IMG/VR virus record: IMGVR_UViG_3300028797_000122
Direction: 5' to 3' (one strand)
DNA length: 64,000 nucleotides
Source: an uncultured virus (IMG/VR IMGVR_UViG_3300028797_000122)
Lineage: Duplodnaviria > Heunggongvirae > Uroviricota > Caudoviricetes
The notes under the pieces were generated by a model. It was not told the DNA's origin and did not search any database. It saw only the letters and a list, made by a program, of their open reading frames with translations. Shown here piece after piece: positions 39,539-47,044 of this stretch (its first letter is position 1; the number at the start of each line of letters is the position of its first letter). The position numbers and the translations under genes are program-made.

Positions 39539-39901
39539 ATGAACGAATACAAGGTATTCCCTCGAAATCAGGTTCGTGCCGTTTACAGTGGTCACACCTT
39601 GACCTTGTCTGATGGCACTGTCATTGACGGTTTCCCTATGGGCATCCGTGGGACCATCGAGGTCATCGTAGACGATTGCGATGCGGGACAATTTGAGTAC
39701 ACCCCGATTTCGTTTGGATTACCCGGTGACCCTAAACCTAAACCGTCATATTACCGTTACAGGATTAAGACGCATGTCCCGGAGGACAGTCCTAACCAGA
39801 AATCCTCGTTCGTGCATTACACAAACGACCCGAATTCCGATACGCTTATACGGTGGGTATCCTTCGCAAAAGGTATGCCTATGATGGATAGATTGTCTTA
39901 A
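39539..39901 (+). CDS. Hypothetical protein
   Basis: ORF track; AGGAG RBS. Confidence 0.7.
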   Translation: MNEYKVFPRNQVRAVYSGHTLTLSDGTVIDGFPMGIRGTIEVIVDDCDAGQFEYTPISFGLPGDPKPKPSYYRYRIKTHVPEDSPNQKSSFVHYTNDPNSDTLIRWVSFAKGMPMMDRLS

Positions 39902-39994
39902 TTATTCTAAATATGGCGATTTTTATAGAATGTGTAAGTTTTAAAAATGTATTTTACTAACGTAAATAACAACCTTTTACGTTAGAAGGATACT

Positions 39995-41329
39995 ATGAAA
40001 GCTACTGAGCTGTATGAAAAACTCATTGAAGATAAGGTCAAGGTTAAGGCTGATGTTGACATCATCCATGTGAACGATGGTGATTCACGACTGTTTGGCG
40101 GTCGTTTCAACGAAGATTTCGCTCATCTTTGCCCGTTCTACGACACGCTATGCACATTCAATCACATCTCGATGACATCCCCGATGTTCATCAACCTGTA
40201 CTCCAAGCTTGCCATTACTAAGGAAACCGTGGTGATTCTTGACAACATTAAGAATCCTGCGGTTTTTGATGTTTTACAGAAGATGAAGTTCAGCAGTTTC
40301 CAGAACACGGTTGGTGACACTGTGCTGGACACGGCATACAACAAGGATGACAGTGAACAGGTCAGTGCTGAGAAGGAAGCTAAGAACGACGCTATCCGTA
40401 AGATTAACTTCCGTATCATCTACCTCCTTGACGAATTGGTCTGGGACGGCGTAGGTGGCCGTGGAAAGAGCATCTACGAAGCCCGTGTTATCGAGGACTT
40501 CCTCCAGGTTGCGGACACCATCATCGTTCCGACTTCCGAACTGAGACATGCTCTCATTGACATCGGCTTCGTCGCCGAAGAAAGGAAGAACGACATCACC
40601 ATCCTTCCGTTCACTATTCCCCCGCAGATTTATCAGGTCTATGCCGTCAATACAGCCAGGACATACAGCAGCGTGATTTCCAAGCCGAAAATCCTTGTCA
40701 AGGGTGCGGTCATCCCGACGAATGTCTGCGAATTTATTGTAGCCAAGCACAAGAAGTACAACTTCACGATTTGCTCTGGCGCCGACCTGCCTAATGACCT
40801 GATGCTTCTCCTTGCAAACGGCGATGTACGACACATCGTACATTACAGCTCGCCGAGCGTGAACTACAAGAACATTACCCATACCTATCTCGACGAAAGG
40901 GATGGCAGGTATGATTTCGTAATCCATTGTAACAACTCGTTGAACTACGACCTTGCAAGCGGCGACATCGACCCGATGCTCTCCGTGGCTTGTGGTTCAA
41001 TCGCTTTCGCCTGCGTTCGCAAGGACTGGTTTACCCCTGAAACTCACCTTTGTGAGAAGACGGGCACCACATTCACTCCGCAGGCTACCTACAACCAGAT
41101 TGACAACATGATTAGCCATGCCTGTGTCGCTGTTGAATGGAACAAGCTGTACGATGAACAGCGTGGCTCTATCGAAGTAAAGATTTCTGACAAGGCTGTA
41201 TCCATGGCACGTATCTTCGCCGTTCTCATCGGTAAGGACATGGTGAAGAAACGTTTCTCGGTAGGGGATGAAAATGGAACCGACAACGGAACCGACAACA
41301 CAACAGACAACGGAAACGCCGAAGCCTAG
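39995..41329 (+). CDS. GT-B glycosyltransferase-like protein
   Basis: IIYLLDELVW...FLQVADTIIVPTSELR...ITILPFTIP resembles the GT-B 'IY..DD...AD...VST..L.....V.PN' pattern. Confidence 0.5.
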   Translation: MKATELYEKLIEDKVKVKADVDIIHVNDGDSRLFGGRFNEDFAHLCPFYDTLCTFNHISMTSPMFINLYSKLAITKETVVILDNIKNPAVFDVLQKMKFSSFQNTVGDTVLDTAYNKDDSEQVSAEKEAKNDAIRKINFRIIYLLDELVWDGVGGRGKSIYEARVIEDFLQVADTIIVPTSELRHALIDIGFVAEERKNDITILPFTIPPQIYQVYAVNTARTYSSVISKPKILVKGAVIPTNVCEFIVAKHKKYNFTICSGADLPNDLMLLLANGDVRHIVHYSSPSVNYKNITHTYLDERDGRYDFVIHCNNSLNYDLASGDIDPMLSVACGSIAFACVRKDWFTPETHLCEKTGTTFTPQATYNQIDNMISHACVAVEWNKLYDEQRGSIEVKISDKAVSMARIFAVLIGKDMVKKRFSVGDENGTDNGTDNTTDNGNAEA

Positions 41330-41627
41330 CGTTATTGCAGACTCGCCCATCTACAATGTCATCAGGTATGACATGAAGTGGTACGAGAAAGGACATGACC
41401 CGCATGACTACAACAGCATGCGGGACATGTCTGTTTCTGAACCTATTATCGTTGACAAGTACGAGGACCAAGTTTTGCCCGACCCGATGAGCGAAAAATT
41501 GGCAAAAATGGTCTCCGATAAACTTAACGAGAAAGCTAAGGAACAGGAAAAGGTGTCAATCGACCTGAAAAATGGACAACATTACGACGGTCCTCGATAC
41601 GTCTATTCCTATTACGCTGGGAGATAA
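41268..41627 (+). CDS. Hypothetical protein
   Basis: ORF track; overlaps the upstream gene. Confidence 0.55.
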   Translation: MKMEPTTEPTTQQTTETPKPSVIADSPIYNVIRYDMKWYEKGHDPHDYNSMRDMSVSEPIIVDKYEDQVLPDPMSEKLAKMVSDKLNEKAKEQEKVSIDLKNGQHYDGPRYVYSYYAGR

Positions 41628-41628
41628 T

Positions 41629-42933
41629 ATGGCGGAAACAGAAAACTTGCTTAAACAGGCGGTCGCATTGAGAAAAAAGATGGGGGATAATCCCACAGCG
41701 TCTATGATTTTTCAGGAACCCCCGAAAAGGCGTATTGTCAACGAACACAAGTCAGTGAAAATCGTCCGACCGAACAGTATCAAGAAGTCGTTCAAGGTAG
41801 AGGATGCGGGTAATGCCGATGCTTCCCAGCAAGATGGCGAACCTAGATGGTTTGACCCGAACAGGACATTCAATGAATCGAATGACACGAAACCTCATGT
41901 GACTGACGACCAGTATGATTCAATGTTCTATCACGAGAAGGGACAGACTCCTCCTAACGACGTGCATCATATTTCTGGCGAAGAACTCGCCAGGAAGTTT
42001 TCCCAGGTTGCCGCTAACAGGGTTCCTCCCCAAGCCATGCAACAGGAACCGCCGCAGGGGTTCAATCCCCATGCCGCCATTCATCAACAGCCGCAGGCAA
42101 CGGTTCCCGTTCAGCCTCCAATGGTTGCCGTACACGAGCCACCAAAGCAAACAGAGGAAGATTTTCTTCCGCTCGACGAACTCCCGTCAAAGGGGGTGTT
42201 CTACAATGGGCCCATGCTAGCACAGCCGTTGCGACTTATCGACATGCTCATGGTCGAAAATATGGACAACGACAATAAACTGGATTCAATTACCGAAATC
42301 CTTGACAGGCGTACACGCTGTCCGGGTGGCCCAAAACAGATTGTCACTGGAGATGAAATCTACACCTTGCAGTACCTCCGTGCATCGACTTTCCCGAAAG
42401 ACCCTTACGCATGGACGAAATTCACTTGCAAGCATTGTGGAACCATCGTTGACGACCCTGGCTATAAGATAGACTTTACCAACATGAGGTTCCAAACCAA
42501 TGTTGACCCGATGGAGTTGGCAGAGAAGTTCAGGGCATACGGATGTCACCCGGTAGAACACATCGGAGGTGTTCCTGCGGTCGAAATTTATGTCAGAAGG
42601 CGTTTGCACGACTACTATTACAAGACCCAGATTGAAGAATGGAAAAAGAAGGGATTTACCCCGACGAAGCCGTATCTAGCCCTCCTTAACATGGCTCTCT
42701 TGGTGGATATTCCTGGATGCAACTCTTTGCAGGAGAACATCGAGTTCCTCGGAAACCTTACCAAGGACGATTCCGCCATATTCTTGTCAGAACTCGCAAA
42801 ATGTTCGTTCAGGACAAAGACGATGGTGGCTCATACGTGCCCGAACTGCGGAGGTGTGACGGTGACCCCGTTCCCCTTTCGGTATTCTACATTCATTTCC
42901 TCGGTACAAATTAGAAAGTCTGCGGAAACGTAA
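41629..42933 (+). CDS. gp26: Baseplate hub assembly chaperone (T4 gp26-like) with N-terminal P/Q-rich extension
   Basis: LPSKGVFY, GDEIYTLQYLRA, FTCKHCG and HTCPNCG. GGAG RBS before ATG 41629. Confidence 0.7.
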   Translation: MAETENLLKQAVALRKKMGDNPTASMIFQEPPKRRIVNEHKSVKIVRPNSIKKSFKVEDAGNADASQQDGEPRWFDPNRTFNESNDTKPHVTDDQYDSMFYHEKGQTPPNDVHHISGEELARKFSQVAANRVPPQAMQQEPPQGFNPHAAIHQQPQATVPVQPPMVAVHEPPKQTEEDFLPLDELPSKGVFYNGPMLAQPLRLIDMLMVENMDNDNKLDSITEILDRRTRCPGGPKQIVTGDEIYTLQYLRASTFPKDPYAWTKFTCKHCGTIVDDPGYKIDFTNMRFQTNVDPMELAEKFRAYGCHPVEHIGGVPAVEIYVRRRLHDYYYKTQIEEWKKKGFTPTKPYLALLNMALLVDIPGCNSLQENIEFLGNLTKDDSAIFLSELAKCSFRTKTMVAHTCPNCGGVTVTPFPFRYSTFISSVQIRKSAET

Positions 42934-43081
42934 GATTTATGTAACGGCGGAAACATCCACGTCTGCACTGGAATGCGACCGAATGTTCTTCCCGGAGTTC
43001 ATCGAGTTGAGCGATTACGTCATAGACAAGATGAAATCCCGTCGAAAAGTGAATAAAAGCAATGAAGTGACCTACGGCTGA
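42866..43081 (+). CDS. Open frame without an early start codon (gp51-like), overlapping the gp26 3' end in the +1 frame
   Basis: 71 sense codons (...RYKLESLRKRKIYVTAETSTSALECDRMFFPEFIELSDYVIDKMK...). No ATG/GTG/TTG before 42983. Ends in the terminator. Confidence 0.5.
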   Translation, partial: PRSPFGILHSFPRYKLESLRKRKIYVTAETSTSALECDRMFFPEFIELSDYVIDKMKSRRKVNKSNEVTYG

Positions 43082-43100
43082 TGCCGTAGGCTTTCTTTTT
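43071..43100 (+). terminator. Intrinsic terminator
   Basis: cctacggc-tgat-gccgtagg followed by ctttcttttt. Confidence 0.8.
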
Positions 43101-43111
43101 GACCGTCGAGG

Positions 43112-43120
43112 TATAAACTA
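43112..43120 (+). promoter_or_regulatory. Late-promoter-like TATAAACTA
   Basis: Exact motif. Confidence 0.75.
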
Positions 43121-43146
43121 TTGTTAGTTCATTACTGAGGAGTAAT

Positions 43147-43896
43147 ATGAATCCGTACAAAATCTTTGTTGAATCCATGCAGGATGCAGGCATTGATTCG
43201 ACTACTATTGATGCGGTTGCTGCTATCCACAAAGCCATCTATGAGGCTGCCGAAGACGACTCTGATGACGATAAGAAGAAAGGCAAAAAGCCAGAAAAGG
43301 ACGAAAAGGAAGAAAAGGACGAAAAGGAAGAAAAGGAAGGCCCCGACGAGAATGAATTTGAAGGACCAGAGGATGACCCTCCTTCTGAAGACGATAAGTC
43401 CGATGATGTAGACGGAGCTCCTGACGAAGACCCGCCTGATTTCGAACCCGATGAAAGCCCGGAAACCGCAGCTAACGAACCGAACGCCGACGAAGGCGCC
43501 AAGGCTATCATGTACAATATCCTTACCCTCATGAATGCCAAGCAGAACGCATACCAGCAATACCACTGGAATGCCGAAGGCAAAGCTCTCCACGAGAAGG
43601 CTCAGGAATGCTATGAGCTCTATCAGGAAACGAAGGACAAGGTGGCGGAAACATTGCAGGCTACCTACAACGAAAACATTGATTTCAAGGTATGGTCGGG
43701 CAAGATTCCTAACCTTACGGACAAGGGTGCATTCCTCGCATCAGTCGATGAAGACCTTGACCAGATTTCCGAGTTCCGTTCCCAGCTCGAACACTTCGAG
43801 ACGTTTGGCTTGAATGGAACGCTTGATGGATTCATTGATGAATTGACTGGAATCAAGTATCACCTTATCAGGTTCTTTGAAAACAAGGACGCTTAA
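43147..43896 (+). CDS. Ferritin/Dps-like four-helix protein with shared leader and acidic linker
   Basis: YQQYHWNAEGKALHEKAQECYE....KDKVAE matches the Dps-like HW....H...E.Y......D..AE motif. Confidence 0.7.
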   Translation: MNPYKIFVESMQDAGIDSTTIDAVAAIHKAIYEAAEDDSDDDKKKGKKPEKDEKEEKDEKEEKEGPDENEFEGPEDDPPSEDDKSDDVDGAPDEDPPDFEPDESPETAANEPNADEGAKAIMYNILTLMNAKQNAYQQYHWNAEGKALHEKAQECYELYQETKDKVAETLQATYNENIDFKVWSGKIPNLTDKGAFLASVDEDLDQISEFRSQLEHFETFGLNGTLDGFIDELTGIKYHLIRFFENKDA

Positions 43897-43910
43897 CTAA
43901 TGGTTCTATA

Positions 43911-44711
43911 ATGCGTAGAAATCCCGACATATTCGCCTTGCCGCCAGACCCGCTGCCAACCATGCTGATGACTCGTGACGATATCACCGAGTACATCAAG
44001 GCTAGGCTTGGCTATCCTGCGACAGAGATAGAAATGGAAGTGGAAAACCGAAACGGTCTTGGGCACATTGCCATGGCAATTCAAGACTCGCTCGACTACT
44101 TCTACCGTTATATGCAGTCTGAGGCCACTTACAGCGACTACATGATTATCCAGTTGAAACAGGGAATCATGGAGTATAGGGTTCCAGACAATGTGTACCA
44201 GCTTGTTGACTTGAACCCGAGCTACGGCAATACGTTCAGCCCGATGATGGCGTGGGATGTTGGCCCAGGCGAATCCCTTATGGGTGTTGGCGGCGCAGGT
44301 CTCGGCGGATTGGGACAGTTCGACCTTATCACCTATGCAGGCGCCCTCAGGTATCTGCAAGATGTTAAGAAATTGGTCGGAACCCAGTACAGCGTGAAGT
44401 TGCACCCGGTCGAGCACCGTATGCGTGTCTACCCGACACCGAAGACGGACAGGTTCGCAATCGCCCGTGTCTACTTGAAGGCAAAGCAGGCGGAAGTGTT
44501 CGCAAACCCGCTGTTCAGGGACTTCGTCGTGTCCCGTGCTGGTATGCAGCTCGGTATCATCCTCATGAAGGATACGGTCTCGCTCCCAGGTGGCGGAACG
44601 GTGAACGGGCAGACGATTTACACCACTTGGAAGGAAATCAACGACAAGAAACTCGAAGAAATCAAGAACGAGGCTGCAAGGCCGTGCATGATGACTGACT
44701 TGTCTAACTAA
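43911..44711 (+). CDS. gp13: Neck protein (T4 gp13-like)
   Basis: YIKARLGYP..EIE...AIQDSLDYF...LPGGGTVNGQTIY. Confidence 0.85.
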   Translation: MRRNPDIFALPPDPLPTMLMTRDDITEYIKARLGYPATEIEMEVENRNGLGHIAMAIQDSLDYFYRYMQSEATYSDYMIIQLKQGIMEYRVPDNVYQLVDLNPSYGNTFSPMMAWDVGPGESLMGVGGAGLGGLGQFDLITYAGALRYLQDVKKLVGTQYSVKLHPVEHRMRVYPTPKTDRFAIARVYLKAKQAEVFANPLFRDFVVSRAGMQLGIILMKDTVSLPGGGTVNGQTIYTTWKEINDKKLEEIKNEAARPCMMTDLSN

Positions 44712-44714
44712 CCC

Positions 44715-44743
44715 TTGACGGTCGTGATTGAATTATCTAAATT
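44715..44743 (+). promoter_or_regulatory. Sigma70-type promoter TTGACG-N17-TAAATT
   Basis: Exact 17-nt spacing; AGGAGG RBS follows. Confidence 0.55.
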
Positions 44744-44754
44744 AGGAGGACGAC

Positions 44755-44991
44755 ATGACAAGAAAAAATAGGAATACGGAAGCTACTTCCATACAGGGCG
44801 ATAGCCTCCTTGAAAAGGCAGCACCCGTCATCGTAGAACCGCCAAAGCCGACGGTCGCCGATGGAAAGGAAGCTAAGGCCGTTCCCGTGAAGAAGAAGCG
44901 TATCAGGCACCGCCAGACGGTGAAGCTCCACAACAAGAAGCTCTCTGTCTCGGTCATCTGCTCGAATCCGTATCTGAGACAGTTCTTGTAA
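44755..44991 (+). CDS. Small basic hypothetical protein
   Basis: ORF track; strong RBS. Confidence 0.65.
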   Translation: MTRKNRNTEATSIQGDSLLEKAAPVIVEPPKPTVADGKEAKAVPVKKKRIRHRQTVKLHNKKLSVSVICSNPYLRQFL

Positions 44992-45000
44992 GGAAGTGGT

Positions 45001-45486
45001 ATGACTGACGAAACAAAGAATAAGCTCGCTGCTAGGTTGAAGGAATACTTTACATTCCTGTTTTGGGCCGATGCCGACCAAGTGAAAATCATGATGAAAG
45101 TCCTTAACGAGACTGCTGTCATGGTAAGGGTTCTTATGCCATACATGGGCTGGAACACTGAAATAAGGACGACAATTAACGGAGACCTCAATCATCTTCT
45201 CAGTGATGAATACCGTGGTAGCGAGGACCTGGGTGGGGCGTTCGACATCGTCCCGTTCATGAGTGAAACCAAGATACTGGTGTCTACGGCGACCACATAC
45301 AATGGAAAGCCGATTTCCGCCGAGTATACTATCAAGCCATTGGATGGGGCTGGTATGAGCAAGCTTGTTAACCAGACTTTCAAACAGTTTGAGGACAAGG
45401 TTCGTCGGGACATCTACGATATGAAGAAAGCGGGAACCTTTGTTGACGATGCTGTTGCATCGGAAGATTCTTGGGAAACAGTATAA
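45001..45486 (+). CDS. Hypothetical protein
   Basis: ORF track. Confidence 0.7.
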   Translation: MTDETKNKLAARLKEYFTFLFWADADQVKIMMKVLNETAVMVRVLMPYMGWNTEIRTTINGDLNHLLSDEYRGSEDLGGAFDIVPFMSETKILVSTATTYNGKPISAEYTIKPLDGAGMSKLVNQTFKQFEDKVRRDIYDMKKAGTFVDDAVASEDSWETV

Positions 45487-45490
45487 ACTA
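45482..45490 (+). promoter_or_regulatory. Late-promoter-like TATAAACTA overlapping the upstream stop codon
   Basis: Exact motif. Confidence 0.65.
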
Positions 45491-45509
45491 AATTTGATTA
45501 AGGTATCTT

Positions 45510-45569
45510 ATGGGAAGCGAAGTTTAGGGTGAGACTATGGGAACCGACATGTAGGATGAGATTATGGGA
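45510..45569 (+). repeat. 27-nt tandem unit forming two in-frame 5-codon minigenes (MGSEV*, MGTDM*)
   Basis: ATGGGA at 45510, 45537 and 45564; TAG at 45525 and 45552. Confidence 0.75.
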
Positions 45570-45956
45570 GTTGAGAGTGCATTGCCGAGTATGATTGTGG
45601 GTGGTAACGTTATTGGTTACAGCGACCACAATGAGAACCTCTATAATGAACGTGATGTCATAGGGGAGTTTAACCGTCGTGCAATCAACGCTCCTGGCTA
45701 CGGATACAACGACATTCTTGCAACAATCGAGAAATTCAAGCAGAATCATGGATATGAGTTCCAGCCGCTAACCGAAGTGGATAAAAAGGAGCTTTATTCG
45801 TCAAGCGTTAGCACACCTGCCGGAAGCCTCTCGACTGTTGTCGATAAGGGCCCGTGCGGCACTTCCGTAACTACTGTGCAAAATCCTCCACAACCGATGG
45901 ATTCCGATGTGGCGAATGCAATGGCAATGCTCAAAGACTGCATCCTTCAAGGGTAA
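45564..45956 (+). CDS. Hypothetical protein
   Basis: ORF track. Confidence 0.65.
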   Translation: MGVESALPSMIVGGNVIGYSDHNENLYNERDVIGEFNRRAINAPGYGYNDILATIEKFKQNHGYEFQPLTEVDKKELYSSSVSTPAGSLSTVVDKGPCGTSVTTVQNPPQPMDSDVANAMAMLKDCILQG

Positions 45957-45960
45957 AATC

Positions 45961-46158
45961 ATGAAACGAATATACATAAATAAAAACGAGGCCAAGGAAA
46001 CGCCTTATGCGAGAAAATTGCGGATAGCGGAAACCGAAAATGGTAGAAAGCTGCGATGCCGTGTGGTTGAAAACAAGAAAAAGTATAAGAGAAGTCGGGA
46101 AATTCCCGACTTTAATTTTTTGTCTTGCAATTCATATTTTTTGGTGCTATATTTATAA
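45961..46158 (+). CDS. ArfA-like alternative ribosome-rescue factor
   Basis: MKRIYINKNEAKETPYARKLR...KLRCRVVENKKKYKR resembles the ArfA-family (F/L)RxRV(E/V)xxKK..Y.R core. AAGGGT RBS. Confidence 0.55.
   Translation: MKRIYINKNEAKETPYARKLRIAETENGRKLRCRVVENKKKYKRSREIPDFNFLSCNSYFLVLYL
46092..46121 (+). terminator. Intrinsic terminator inside the ArfA-like ORF
   Basis: aagtcggga-aat-tcccgactt then taatttttt, upstream of the stop at 46156-46158. Confidence 0.7.
46125..46153 (+). promoter_or_regulatory. Sigma70-type promoter TTGCAA-N17-TATATT for the sigma-factor operon
   Basis: Exact 17-nt spacing. Confidence 0.6.
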
Positions 46159-46285
46159 TAGTATTAAACCTGTTCATTTGGACAACAGGGTTAATACCGT
46201 TTAATAGCAAGATGACGGCACAATATAATCAAATTGTTAATCGTGAATAAAGCAACCAGTGGCCGTACCTCTTGTATGAGGAGAT

Positions 46286-47029
46286 ATGATAAAAAAGGAA
46301 GTGGTGTATGTAGATAAAAAAGTATTATCCGAATCATATAACAAATCACAGACATATCTAAGCGCATTAAAGACAAAACTGAATATGGAGAATACTGGCG
46401 ATATAATAAATGCAATCGTAAGGATGTGCAAGAAGCTGTTGTCGAACGACAATGCAAACAACAGGCGCCTGTATAATACATATCGAGACATCGTAATCGG
46501 CAATTACTCGCTTTATCTTATCAGAGTTTACAACAATTATGCAAAACAGTATTTACTGAACGCAAATGACCTTGTGCATCTGCCGTATGTTTATTTCAGG
46601 TCGTTGGTAAACAATTTCGACCCTGAATGCGGCGTGTCGTTCAATTCCTATATGGTGCTATGTCTCCACGGCTACATCAAGAAGTTCATATCGGATGAGT
46701 CCTTGGTGCATGTTAACCCGGCAAAGAAAGTAACATTGACTTATGTCGGCACGACTATGCAGGGGAAGGATGGGGATGAAATAGAATACCTACGCTCGAT
46801 AGACCCTTTTGACGCCGACTCGCAGGGAAAACTGCAGTTTGCATCGAAGTTTCTTGACTCGCTATCACCAGAGATGCAGGAACTATACGGATACCTTGTG
46901 GCGATGGAATCATCCAAGGAAGCCACAGAAGTATATGCAGAATGCCATCATTGCAGCAAGGAGAAGGTTTCATTTCTCCTGAATCGAATGCGAAGGAAAA
47001 TACGGATGGCATGGAGTGCCAACAAGTAA
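46286..47029 (+). CDS. RNA polymerase sigma-70-family factor
   Basis: RDIVIGNY.LY...V...Y...DL...VNNFDPECGVSFNSY (region 2) and a C-terminal LSPE......YAE....SKEKV..L..R (region 4-like HTH). Confidence 0.75.
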   Translation: MIKKEVVYVDKKVLSESYNKSQTYLSALKTKLNMENTGDIINAIVRMCKKLLSNDNANNRRLYNTYRDIVIGNYSLYLIRVYNNYAKQYLLNANDLVHLPYVYFRSLVNNFDPECGVSFNSYMVLCLHGYIKKFISDESLVHVNPAKKVTLTYVGTTMQGKDGDEIEYLRSIDPFDADSQGKLQFASKFLDSLSPEMQELYGYLVAMESSKEATEVYAECHHCSKEKVSFLLNRMRRKIRMAWSANK

Positions 47030-47044
47030 TAACAGGAGGAGCAA

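Noticed and set aside
44755..45486. Stop-codon read-through fusing two in-frame ORFs (TAA, 9 nt, ATG)
   Set aside because: The second ORF has its own SD-like AAGGA, and nothing else supports read-through.
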